A DNA stretch of 64,000 nt. It comes from a virus. The stretch lies in IMG/VR virus record IMGVR_UViG_3300029922_000003, one strand, 5' to 3'. Position numbers and translations under genes: made by a program. Under the pieces are notes generated by a model, which did not search any database, was not told the DNA's origin, and saw only the letters and a program-made list of their open reading frames with translations. This document shows positions 10,331-19,193 of this stretch, in pieces. Every line of letters begins with the position of its first letter. Position 1 is the first letter of the stretch.

Positions 10331-10555
10331 CTACTCCTCCTTCTTGGCTCCCTTTCGGTTGCCGAAGTGGCCCATCCTCATGGGGGTCTTTCCTTGAACG
10401 CCAGATTTCTCAAGTCGCTCGTTCATCTTTTCCTTCATCTTAGTGGTATCTACACCCCCACGGCGATCAGGAGCATACCCCTCCTCGATTGCTATGGAAA
10501 CGCAGGATCCATTTTGCTTTCGTGCACCAAGTTGGTTTAGCTCGTCGTATTCCAT
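10331..10555 (-). CDS. small basic hypothetical protein
   Basis: 74 aa in small-gene block. Confidence 0.45.
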   Translation of the reverse strand: MEYDELNQLGARKQNGSCVSIAIEEGYAPDRRGGVDTTKMKEKMNERLEKSGVQGKTPMRMGHFGNRKGAKKEE

Positions 10556-10560
10556 AATGG

Positions 10561-10746
10561 TTATCGACGGTTTGCCCTCTTGGACATCTTGGCCATCTTA
10601 CGACGACCTTTTTCGTATCGCTTGGTCTTAGTGACCGACTTGCCGGAGCCATAACCTCCGGTATTCGACCACCTCTTAGCGACCTTGATGCCGGGGACTG
10701 ATGCGGATGCTGCCAATCCAAATATGACTGCGAGTAGTTTACTCAT
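10561..10746 (-). CDS. small highly basic protein
   Basis: 61 aa, K/R-rich C-terminus. Confidence 0.45.
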   Translation of the reverse strand: MSKLLAVIFGLAASASVPGIKVAKRWSNTGGYGSGKSVTKTKRYEKGRRKMAKMSKRANRR

Positions 10747-10957
10747 TTGTGCTTGTTGGGTTGTTTGTTGTGTTTTTGTTTAGTAGAGCTGCACCCGCAG
10801 CTCCCAATGCATAGATTGCTATCAATATAACTACACCGAACGCCACCATGGCTAATCCGGCTACGATGTTTATAAAGGCAGTGATGACTATACCGACTAC
10901 GTAGATCGCAAGAATCACTAGTCCGATGCTTGTTGCGATTTTTACTAATGTATTCAC
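10739..10957 (-). CDS. small two-TM membrane protein
   Basis: Start revised to GTG 10957 (GTGA overlap); two hydrophobic helices. Confidence 0.55.
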   Translation of the reverse strand: MNTLVKIATSIGLVILAIYVVGIVITAFINIVAGLAMVAFGVVILIAIYALGAAGAALLNKNTTNNPTSTNE

Positions 10958-11211
10958 TTTTTTGTTATGTAGTGGATGTTTATACCGATTGATGTTGCCA
11001 ATACGATAGGTAGAATGACGCAAAAAGCAATGACATTGATTTTCACGTAATCCATTCCACCTGGAGTATATGGGTCCAAAATTTCTGCAGTTCTCTGTAG
11101 CCCTCTCACACACATATCAAATGGTGTGTCGAATGGCCCAGCAACAGATTCATCATCTTCCTTGACCGGCTTCCTTTTTGCTATTGGCTTCTTAGCCTTT
11201 TTTGTTGCCAT
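10954..11211 (-). CDS. small membrane-anchored protein
   Basis: Start revised to ATG 11211 (MATKKAKKP); C-terminal TM helix. Confidence 0.5.
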   Translation of the reverse strand: MATKKAKKPIAKRKPVKEDDESVAGPFDTPFDMCVRGLQRTAEILDPYTPGGMDYVKINVIAFCVILPIVLATSIGINIHYITKK

Positions 11212-11414
11212 TTTTATTTTTAGGGTTAGACGGTTCGATCCCAGGAATATGGGGGCAAGAAACAAAGACAGCGGAAATGATTACGCCCCCTATCGCGAGG
11301 GCAAGTGCTGACATACCAATAAGTATTCTCATATAATGGTGGTTGTTAGTAGCTATTCAAATAATAGCTATATCCATTATATTATGCCCGAAAGTGGGCT
11401 TAAATTACCTACCC

Positions 11415-12788
11415 TTACTTGTCAGCCCAATCATCTATCTCTTGGGTCTCACTAGGGTCTTCTAGCAAGTCATCTTCTGGAGAAGTGTAAATTCTCTTGC
11501 CCAAGTTGATCCCTTTGGGGTCAAAATCTTTTTTCCCGAGCATTGATACGAGCTGCGCCCTGATCTTAGCCTTCCTGCCTGCATTACCAGTCATATCTAT
11601 ATTAGAGATATAATTGTTTACATTTGTACGATCAGTATTGTTTGATTTGGCTATTAGGTCCCTAATGTCTGTGCCGTCAGATGGGTTCTTATAGAACGAA
11701 TCATCAAGTGATCCAAGCTCCCCTTTGTACTTAGAGAGTGCCTCACCCTGGGAAATAGTTTTGCCCTCTATGGCACTTGGCTGAGTAAACATATTGGCAA
11801 TTCCTCTAAGGAGATTTGTCCCACTGTCTATCTTATTGCCGTCCCCCAATCCAATATCCCATTCGTCTCTGTAGGTGCCATCTGGGGCGATGTGATATCC
11901 CCCCATCGTAGACTGTGTCGCAAATAGCGGATTGCCTGCTACGGCCTTGTTACCAACGTAATCTCTCGTACCATGTGCTGTGCCGAACCCTTCCTGCAGA
12001 TTCTCTTTCACCTCATTTATTGCATACCTTCCTCTTGGGTCATTAGGATTAAATCCGTACACCTTACTACCACTAGGCTCCACCCTACTCAGATTTAATG
12101 CGCCAAGCGATTGTTCTCTAGCCGGAAGGTCGAACATGTCTCTATACATCTGATGCCTAGCCCCCATTCTGTAGATAGAATCCTTGTCACCATACCCAGC
12201 AGATCCAAAGTTCCATGCACCACTCTCTGGGCTATTCACTACATGATCCATTGGCTGATCTTTTAAAAAGGCCCTTAGGTAATCCATGGGCTTTGATCCA
12301 GCAACATTCTTGGCGTGCTCCTCCGCCTCATAGGAAATAGGTACAATGGAGTTGGTCATAGCCCTTCCAATGCCACGCTGGATCACCTTTGGTAAGAATC
12401 TACCAGCCAGAGCGCCAGGAACTGCCCCCTCAGCAAATCCACTTCCAATAGATTGACTTATGGACTTTGCCTTGCTCATTGTGTCTTCATCGCTAGAAAG
12501 TATACTTGGGGTATTTGCCACTCCAGATATACCAGCCCCAAGGGTGCCCATGCCCACAGCCCCACCAATTGTATTTTTTAGCTGATTGGTCTTGTCTACC
12601 AAACTGTATTGACTAATTCCCCTAAGCTTCTGCTCTAGTCCTGGGTTTTCCCCAATCGCCCTACCCACAGAATCAAATGCCTTAAATCCTCCAGAGGTAA
12701 TAGCGGGAATGGCTTTTGATAAAATCTCTGCGACCCCCGCCAACTTTGTAGTCACCTCACTGAAGTAGGTATGGGCGTATTTGTTCAT
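11415..12788 (-). CDS. MNKYA-leader protein with glycine zipper and unknown C-terminal domain
   Basis: 457 aa; MNKYAHTYFSEVTTKLAG. Confidence 0.6.
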   Translation of the reverse strand: MNKYAHTYFSEVTTKLAGVAEILSKAIPAITSGGFKAFDSVGRAIGENPGLEQKLRGISQYSLVDKTNQLKNTIGGAVGMGTLGAGISGVANTPSILSSDEDTMSKAKSISQSIGSGFAEGAVPGALAGRFLPKVIQRGIGRAMTNSIVPISYEAEEHAKNVAGSKPMDYLRAFLKDQPMDHVVNSPESGAWNFGSAGYGDKDSIYRMGARHQMYRDMFDLPAREQSLGALNLSRVEPSGSKVYGFNPNDPRGRYAINEVKENLQEGFGTAHGTRDYVGNKAVAGNPLFATQSTMGGYHIAPDGTYRDEWDIGLGDGNKIDSGTNLLRGIANMFTQPSAIEGKTISQGEALSKYKGELGSLDDSFYKNPSDGTDIRDLIAKSNNTDRTNVNNYISNIDMTGNAGRKAKIRAQLVSMLGKKDFDPKGINLGKRIYTSPEDDLLEDPSETQEIDDWADK

Positions 12789-12821
12789 GGATTTTTAAAT
12801 ATTATCTATTAATATAGAGAA

Positions 12822-13154
12822 ATGCAAACCAGTTTTCTTCCTAGCGATCCAGATCCTTATATACCCCAAAGAGAAAATGCTGAAAATGCCCTAAAAGTAT
12901 TCAAAGATTCAGTTCAGGCATTTTACCACCCAACCCCATCTGCCACTCTCCATAACATAGATCAGATATCAACAGGGGGACACTCTTCCCTTCAGTTCCT
13001 AGAGGAAGCAGCTAGACACGCCCATACATATATCTCTCACCTAGAGAAGAACTTCCCTCAGTTCAACTATCCAGAAACTAGATCTAATGCTGTTCTTAGG
13101 GCAAAATTCGAGGAAAGCCTCCCGTCTGCCATAGCCCACTTGTTTAAGGCTTAG
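12822..13154 (+). CDS. hypothetical protein, rare plus-strand gene
   Basis: 110 aa fills the gap between 12788 and 13151; AT-rich divergent spacer; 4-nt tail-to-tail overlap with rpoC-C. Confidence 0.5.
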   Translation: MQTSFLPSDPDPYIPQRENAENALKVFKDSVQAFYHPTPSATLHNIDQISTGGHSSLQFLEEAARHAHTYISHLEKNFPQFNYPETRSNAVLRAKFEESLPSAIAHLFKA

Positions 13155-15511
13155 TACCCTACTGTACCTTTGGGTGGCTTTCCAAACTCTTTCCCGTACG
13201 CGAGGGCAGGGATTGGGTTTGTCCCGTGGATGTCTGAGTAGACATCGCCACTGATGACGTTCTTCTTGAGATTCTTCTGCACATAGGACGTACCCATCTG
13301 GGACATCCAATCCTTGTCGTGGGATGGGTTTTCCATCAGTCGAACCATGTGAGGCTCAAAGGCTGGCTTGTGATGGCTAACTAGAACCTGATCCTCACCC
13401 ATGTCTCCAAGATTCTTGGCAACACTAGGAGTAATCCTTGTACCGATGCTGTAGTGCATCACAGGAGCCTCTAGATAGTGATTGAGTGCTTTGGTTGGGT
13501 GCATGACAACAGAATCCCTGTGGGGCTTGTAGTCCTTGCTGAAGGCACTGTACTCAACTGTCTCATCGGGCAGATAGGAGTTTGTCTCGTCAGAGTCGTT
13601 GATCCTGACGTGATCTACAATGCCACGAACCAACACCTCAGCATTCCTTCTGAGCATAGGAATTCCACTCTCGCTGAAAGTGTCTTGTACCTGCTTTAAG
13701 AGATTTAAACGTCCCGCTCCGATCCCCTTCAGTCGAACAACATCAGATGGATTAATTGTACCGGTAGAAATTCTGTCCCCAGCCTCTAACTTATCACCAT
13801 GCTTTACCAGAACCTGGTGGTCTGGAGATACATAGTGCTTGTGCCCACCAATAGATACATTGAACCCACCCTGTGGCATCGTTTCGATCTTGTCAACCTG
13901 TCCATCGTGTTCCGACAGAGAGGCTTTGTCTGGGAAAGTGTCTGGGACTTGAAACAAAGCATTGATAGCCTTGAATCCTGTAGCTTTGGACGAGTTGGCA
14001 ACGCCTGCTGAATTAGAAACAACAAGTCCATTTGCAAGAACAAATAGGTGATCTGGGTGACCCACTTCTATATCAAATGTAGGTACACTACCCATCTCCT
14101 CAATGCCAACGCGCCTGAGCTTTCTGCAATCTACCACACAATCAAATGGTTCATCTCTCAATCCGACAGAAGTAAATCCCATTGGTAATACTCCATAAAA
14201 CTTATTGGTCTTAGTACCAATAGGCAAAACTTGATTTGTCCAATTTAGGTCATCCCCAGCACACATACTTTTGTACCAACGAGATAGAATCTTGTGGTCA
14301 GCCGTACAAACAACACTTGTCCTTCCGAGATTGTTTATGCTGAACGTGTACCGCTGGCACACTCTATTCCCATTATCAAAAACATTTAGCACCTCAGATG
14401 GGAATGTATTGCCATTAATATCAGATCCAAGGACAAAATCCCCAGTCCGAACGTCTTGTATTTCTTTTGTTGTCCAATCTGCCATCCTAACCAATGTTCC
14501 TTTTGATAAACAGTGCTTTTTAGATAGTTGCATTTGGCTTAAAGGCTCCGATGCAGAAGATCCAGCAGACAGCCCAACTGCTTCTCCAAGGGCAGGGAAC
14601 CCACCTCTCTCTCTTGTCCCAGCACACTTTGCGCATATTCCATTAGGTGACTCACAGGTCAAGGTAGATCTTACAACAATTCTATCCTTACCCGATTTTT
14701 TTATGTCACCAATAATCTTTGAAGTTAGTAAGGTACCAGCCTTATGCCCAGACGTATCTTTGGCTAGTACTGACCCTATGTTATCACCGTCATCTATATC
14801 TACTGGAATCCCAGTCTTGGTGCCGCAATCATGCTGCGTCACTATAAGATCTAACATTGAAGAATTGAGTTGTTTACTCAAAAATCCTGAATGCATTGTT
14901 GAGAATTTCGTTGATATTAGGCCAGCACGAGTTCCATATGACGCAGCAAAGTATTCAGCAGGGTTCAATCCCTCTGTGTAGGAATTCTTAATACCAATAG
15001 GTACTGGCTTGTTGTTTTGATCAACCACCAAGAAATCGGATCCAATATTACTATTGAGCTGGGCTTTATTACCACGAGCACCTGATGCAACCATCCTAGC
15101 AAGGTTTGATCCCTTTGCCATAGATGCATCAAAGATCATCCCTGGCATCTTGTTGGAGTAGTGATCGTAGAGCTTTACGAGGGCTTGCTCTCTTTTGTCC
15201 TGATCCAGACCTTTGTCTCCAAAGATACCACGCTCCTTCTGGGACACCTCATCCATCAACTTGTCTTTGTCGATGGGGGATGCAAGGTCGTTCATAGAGA
15301 ACGAGCTGCCAGTCTCAACCGCACCCTTTGACCCAAGGCGCAAGAGCTTGAAAGAAATGTCCCGATACTTATCAGGATCCTGCTCAGCTACTTGCTGAAG
15401 GATATCTTTGACCTCTTTGCTCCCGATGGGCTGATCGGGGGGTAGATCAGCCCTATACTTCTCGGGAACAATAGAGTCAAAAATTAGTCGTGCAACAGTA
15501 GTCGAGGCCAT
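13151..15511 (-). CDS. rpoC: DNA-directed RNA polymerase beta' subunit, C-terminal part, with mini-intein
   Basis: TTVARLIF, SGARG, SYTEGL..AEYF..SYGTR.GL..T (bridge helix), DCGT, C-x6-C-x2-C Zn site, GEAVG...SEP..Q (trigger loop). Confidence 0.95.
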   Translation of the reverse strand: MASTTVARLIFDSIVPEKYRADLPPDQPIGSKEVKDILQQVAEQDPDKYRDISFKLLRLGSKGAVETGSSFSMNDLASPIDKDKLMDEVSQKERGIFGDKGLDQDKREQALVKLYDHYSNKMPGMIFDASMAKGSNLARMVASGARGNKAQLNSNIGSDFLVVDQNNKPVPIGIKNSYTEGLNPAEYFAASYGTRAGLISTKFSTMHSGFLSKQLNSSMLDLIVTQHDCGTKTGIPVDIDDGDNIGSVLAKDTSGHKAGTLLTSKIIGDIKKSGKDRIVVRSTLTCESPNGICAKCAGTRERGGFPALGEAVGLSAGSSASEPLSQMQLSKKHCLSKGTLVRMADWTTKEIQDVRTGDFVLGSDINGNTFPSEVLNVFDNGNRVCQRYTFSINNLGRTSVVCTADHKILSRWYKSMCAGDDLNWTNQVLPIGTKTNKFYGVLPMGFTSVGLRDEPFDCVVDCRKLRRVGIEEMGSVPTFDIEVGHPDHLFVLANGLVVSNSAGVANSSKATGFKAINALFQVPDTFPDKASLSEHDGQVDKIETMPQGGFNVSIGGHKHYVSPDHQVLVKHGDKLEAGDRISTGTINPSDVVRLKGIGAGRLNLLKQVQDTFSESGIPMLRRNAEVLVRGIVDHVRINDSDETNSYLPDETVEYSAFSKDYKPHRDSVVMHPTKALNHYLEAPVMHYSIGTRITPSVAKNLGDMGEDQVLVSHHKPAFEPHMVRLMENPSHDKDWMSQMGTSYVQKNLKKNVISGDVYSDIHGTNPIPALAYGKEFGKPPKGTVGY
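14012..14512 (-). mobile_element. mini-intein (167 aa, no endonuclease)
   Basis: CLSKGTLV start, CTADH block B, TFDIEV..PDHLF..NGLVVSN end, +1 Ser; exteins SKKH|SAGVA correspond to bacterial RTFH|TGG. Confidence 0.92.
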
Positions 15512-15542
15512 CGTCTAATGTTGCACTAATAACAATCAAAAA

Positions 15543-16049
15543 TCAAGAGATGAACTTAGCATCGCCTTTCTTGATCATACTTACTGTGAGCGTGGAGGTC
15601 TTCCCGTTGTCCCAGTGGACTTCACCACTGTCCTGTAACGTACCCTCGATACAGCGCCATCTGGAATAAACACGGCATCCTACCTTATGGGGGAAAACAT
15701 CAACAACCTCAGACACATCATCAATGGGATCAGATTGCTGAGTAAATAGCTCAACCTCTGGTTCCTCCTCTGACTCTGCCCAATCTGGGCTAATGACAAC
15801 ATCTCCAGATATTGCGGGATTCTCTTTGTAAAAGGTCTTTCTAACAACCCTAGCGGTTCTTTCATCCCAAATTGGGAATGTTTTTGTTAGGATATCCCCG
15901 CTCTTGATTGCATAAGAAAGTATCTCAGATACCTTATTGCAGGGGCACTGCAATTCACTTGCTACAACCTCTTGAGAGTCCCACCCCTCTGGTGCAGTAA
16001 ATTGCTTGGAGGACTGGCTCTCGTATATTTTAACCCATTTCTTTGTCAT
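15543..16049 (-). CDS. hypothetical protein with possible winged-HTH N-terminus
   Basis: WDSQEVVASELQCPCNKVSEILSYAIKSG. Confidence 0.45.
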   Translation of the reverse strand: MTKKWVKIYESQSSKQFTAPEGWDSQEVVASELQCPCNKVSEILSYAIKSGDILTKTFPIWDERTARVVRKTFYKENPAISGDVVISPDWAESEEEPEVELFTQQSDPIDDVSEVVDVFPHKVGCRVYSRWRCIEGTLQDSGEVHWDNGKTSTLTVSMIKKGDAKFIS

Positions 16050-16070
16050 GTGTGTGTATTGTGTTTGTGT

Positions 16071-17087
16071 TTACTGTTCCTCTCTGTTCTTCAATAGAAG
16101 ACCAGCGAAGGATTCGCCATTGTTGATCGTGACATTCATCATTTGAAAGTTCCCAGTAGATCTGGAAATAACTCGTACTAGATACCCGTGTGTCCAGGTG
16201 GTCGGATTGGTGTTTGCGTAGTGGGGCTGACGTTTGCACAAGCACCCAGGATTCCATGCGGCGATAAGCCCAACATTGGGCAAAAACTTTGGCTTGAATG
16301 TAGCCCTGTGTGAATCGAAGAATACAATATTCCCTGCAGCCTTGGAAAGGGCAACCTCAGCGGCGTCAGTAGCATTGCTGATTTTGTGAACAAAAGACAC
16401 CTTATCAAACTTAACCCAACCAGGTGTAATACAGTCTCCGTGAGTCATACCTTGCCGATAATACTGGATACCCCTTTCCTTAAGACCCAGGACATGCTCT
16501 GCACAAAATGTGTTGCGTAGAAGCTCTACGTCTTTATGATGGGCTAGCTTTTGATTAACGGCCCAGCGCTCTACACGCCACTCATGATTACCCTCAATAT
16601 AGTGGATATCTTCACACGAAGAGTGTTTTTGGATTTGATCCAACAATATATTGGTTACCTTTACGTCGTCCTCGTATGAGTCCTCAGTCTCAGCGAGATA
16701 CCCGAGCGTATGATGTTCTGCAAGAAATCCCGAGCAGTCTAGAAGGTCACCGCCGATAATAATTCTATCCGGCCTGATCGTTTTTAGATCTCCTAGTAGT
16801 GCCGAAAAAGCCAGTGGGTCATGTTTGTTGCCGTGAACATCCGAGAAGATTACCTCGACTATATCACCCTTGCTAGCCAAAGTCTTTTTGGGTCTTGGAG
16901 CGACCACCACACTTTCGCTCGAAGATCGAGCAGACTTTAGGGCTTTTGCTGTTTGTTCGTGAGCTTTTCGCTCCGCTTGTAAAGCCAACTTAAGGGCTTT
17001 GATTTCATTGCTGTGCTCAGCTTCTGAACTTCTGTGGGCGATCTGGCCCCAATTAGAACTGACAGGTTTTTTGTCTATGTTGCTCAT
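16071..17087 (-). CDS. calcineurin-like metallophosphoesterase
   Basis: SDVHG, GGDLLD, EGNHE, VH and FDSHR motifs; coiled-coil N-terminus. Confidence 0.85.
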   Translation of the reverse strand: MSNIDKKPVSSNWGQIAHRSSEAEHSNEIKALKLALQAERKAHEQTAKALKSARSSSESVVVAPRPKKTLASKGDIVEVIFSDVHGNKHDPLAFSALLGDLKTIRPDRIIIGGDLLDCSGFLAEHHTLGYLAETEDSYEDDVKVTNILLDQIQKHSSCEDIHYIEGNHEWRVERWAVNQKLAHHKDVELLRNTFCAEHVLGLKERGIQYYRQGMTHGDCITPGWVKFDKVSFVHKISNATDAAEVALSKAAGNIVFFDSHRATFKPKFLPNVGLIAAWNPGCLCKRQPHYANTNPTTWTHGYLVRVISRSTGNFQMMNVTINNGESFAGLLLKNREEQ

Positions 17088-17139
17088 ATGAAGTTCAATT
17101 CTTACGCTGCCAGAATCGATTGTGCAAGTACTTTTTGCG

Positions 17140-17370
17140 TCAATCCTTAATTTTTAAGGCAAAGCCCATATTGGCAGCGAACGAAGAGAAGTCATCTTGC
17201 TCACTTTTTGAGACAATCCACACAGGATGTCCTGGGACCATTATTACAAGCGCCACAAGATTACCATCGGTGTCCCGTAGCTCCAGACTAGTTACCTCCC
17301 TGGAGTCGAGGAGTGGTTCGGACAATGGTCCATTTCTGGCAATAACCCTCAATGAATTGTCTGTTGCCAT
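17140..17370 (-). CDS. hypothetical protein
   Basis: 76 aa, TAATG-coupled to the upstream gene. Confidence 0.55.
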   Translation of the reverse strand: MATDNSLRVIARNGPLSEPLLDSREVTSLELRDTDGNLVALVIMVPGHPVWIVSKSEQDDFSSFAANMGFALKIKD

Positions 17371-17924
17371 TACCCCTGTGGCGGCTGCTGAGAAGGATCT
17401 GGAGCTGTCTGTCCGGCAGCGGCAGGATCTTGGCCCTGACTAGGATCTTGCGGAGCTTGCTGAGAGGGATCTGGGGGTGGCTGCTGTTGTGCACTTGGGT
17501 CGCCACCAGGAGATGGAGCACCACCGCCGCCCATAGCCTGCTGCACTAGCTGTTCCAGTTTGTTGATTCGCTCTGTAACACTCAGCTTCTTTTCTTTCTT
17601 CTCTCCCCCACCCTCACCACCTTCTGCTGGGGCAGATGCTGCAGCCTGCTGCTGAGCAAGTTGGATCTGCTGGAGCATTTGAGCTAATTGCTGCAATCCC
17701 TGATCTATGCTCTGGAACCCTTGATTTAGCATCTGAGAAATTTCTGGAAACCCAATTACTGGCTGCTCGTCCGAGCCTGGAGGTGGAGGAGGAGGCTGGG
17801 GGATCTGTCCAGATTGCTGGGCTGTGGATACAGCTACTTGAGTGGCGGGAGAAGCAACGAATGCTTTCTTGCTTAGGTTTCCCATCACTTCAGCGAGGAG
17901 GGCTTTGTTAAAGGATTCTTTCAT
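17370..17924 (-). CDS. Gln/Pro-rich coiled-coil protein
   Basis: 184 aa; SKKAF motif; QQPPPDPSQ-type repeats. Confidence 0.55.
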   Translation of the reverse strand: MKESFNKALLAEVMGNLSKKAFVASPATQVAVSTAQQSGQIPQPPPPPPGSDEQPVIGFPEISQMLNQGFQSIDQGLQQLAQMLQQIQLAQQQAAASAPAEGGEGGGEKKEKKLSVTERINKLEQLVQQAMGGGGAPSPGGDPSAQQQPPPDPSQQAPQDPSQGQDPAAAGQTAPDPSQQPPQG

Positions 17925-17933
17925 GAGGATCTA

Positions 17934-18557
17934 TTATTCTGAGGTATTAAACAGTAAACGGCAAGACAAGAACTCACCTGGCTCAGTAGTTCCTACTGAA
18001 GACAAGATTAGTGCCCAAGAAGTGTTGGGTGTCATTGTTATCGGCTGAAAAAAGATTGAACTTACAGAAAGGGAGTTTTGTGTTAGACGGAAGCTCGTAG
18101 ACTGAACCTGTGGGATCCCACTAACAATCTGGACAAGATACACAACAATATCTGCGCCAGTTGATGGAGTAAACACACTAGCCTGAGCCCCATAACAAGA
18201 GAGAGTAGTCCCGCTTGGAACCTGAAAGTACCCAAATTGATTTCCAGTAGATAGTGCTGCTGGATATTGGAACTCAGCCCAGGACTGAGTCGTACCACCA
18301 GATGTTTGGGTAGGTATGCCAATCAGAGATGAAATAGGCTTCCACACAATGCTGTTAATACCATCCCATGTTGGTACCCAACCAGCGCCAACACCAGAGG
18401 GTGGCTGAGCAGCCATCTGCCCCCACGTATTCCCACCATCTGTACTAAACTGTGTAGAAAGCAACCCGGACACTGGGTCTCTAAAAAACCTAGAGATGTA
18501 ATTGGGAGTCAGAGCGTTTGGTACAAACTGCTGATCTCCTAAAATTGGTGCACCCAT
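17934..18557 (-). CDS. beta-rich protein, probably virion-associated
   Basis: 207 aa; VPTWDG..IVWKP motif typical of fibre/decoration proteins. Confidence 0.45.
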   Translation of the reverse strand: MGAPILGDQQFVPNALTPNYISRFFRDPVSGLLSTQFSTDGGNTWGQMAAQPPSGVGAGWVPTWDGINSIVWKPISSLIGIPTQTSGGTTQSWAEFQYPAALSTGNQFGYFQVPSGTTLSCYGAQASVFTPSTGADIVVYLVQIVSGIPQVQSTSFRLTQNSLSVSSIFFQPITMTPNTSWALILSSVGTTEPGEFLSCRLLFNTSE

Positions 18558-18559
18558 AT

Positions 18560-19180
18560 TTACCAGTGAAGTAGTCGACTAATCAGACCTGGCTTCTTCT
18601 CTGGAGCAGGAGGAGCCTCCTCGACCACAATAGGTACCTGTGGGTCCGTGTCGGCTGGATCGTCGTTGTGATTCTTGTTGTGTCGTACGCTTGTGCTAAC
18701 TCTGACAGCGTGACCACTACCAATTCTCTTGGCAGCAGAACTGATGTTCATGAGGGCTGGAATAGCAGCAGTGGTTGCCGCAGCACCCCCTCCGACAAGT
18801 AGGTCTCTCTGGAGTGGAGAAAATCCCTTTCCGACTGGATTCTCCTTCATGTACCTGCTGGCATCTCTAGATGTTGCAGCAATGTTAACAGCCATGTCTT
18901 TTAGGGGGGCTCCTGCAATCACCTCAATACCATGCATATTGCCTTTAGATAGCATATGACTACCAGCTCCACCCAATCCAGCATTAAGGGCAAGGTTCAC
19001 TAATCTGCCAGTATCGAAGTTTTTGTAATTACCATTGTTCTGTACAGCATCCAGGGCTCCAGCAGTACCAACTGCTCCAATAGCAGCAGGAGCCGCTTTA
19101 CCTAAATGATCCAAGATGCTCTTTATAATCTCTGGAGAAGCAGCTTTCTTGTCAAACAAAATGGTTTTGGGTGTGTCCAT
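18560..19180 (-). CDS. glycine-zipper protein with KAA leader
   Basis: Start revised to ATG 19180; MDTPKTILFDKKAAS. Confidence 0.55.
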   Translation of the reverse strand: MDTPKTILFDKKAASPEIIKSILDHLGKAAPAAIGAVGTAGALDAVQNNGNYKNFDTGRLVNLALNAGLGGAGSHMLSKGNMHGIEVIAGAPLKDMAVNIAATSRDASRYMKENPVGKGFSPLQRDLLVGGGAAATTAAIPALMNISSAAKRIGSGHAVRVSTSVRHNKNHNDDPADTDPQVPIVVEEAPPAPEKKPGLISRLLHW

Positions 19181-19193
19181 ATCTCTCTGAATA

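Noticed and set aside
10228-15535. TTAGTGCA octamer upstream of both 10216 and 15511 as a late promoter
   Set aside because: Only two clear copies of a short motif at unequal distances, which is insufficient without genome-wide statistics.
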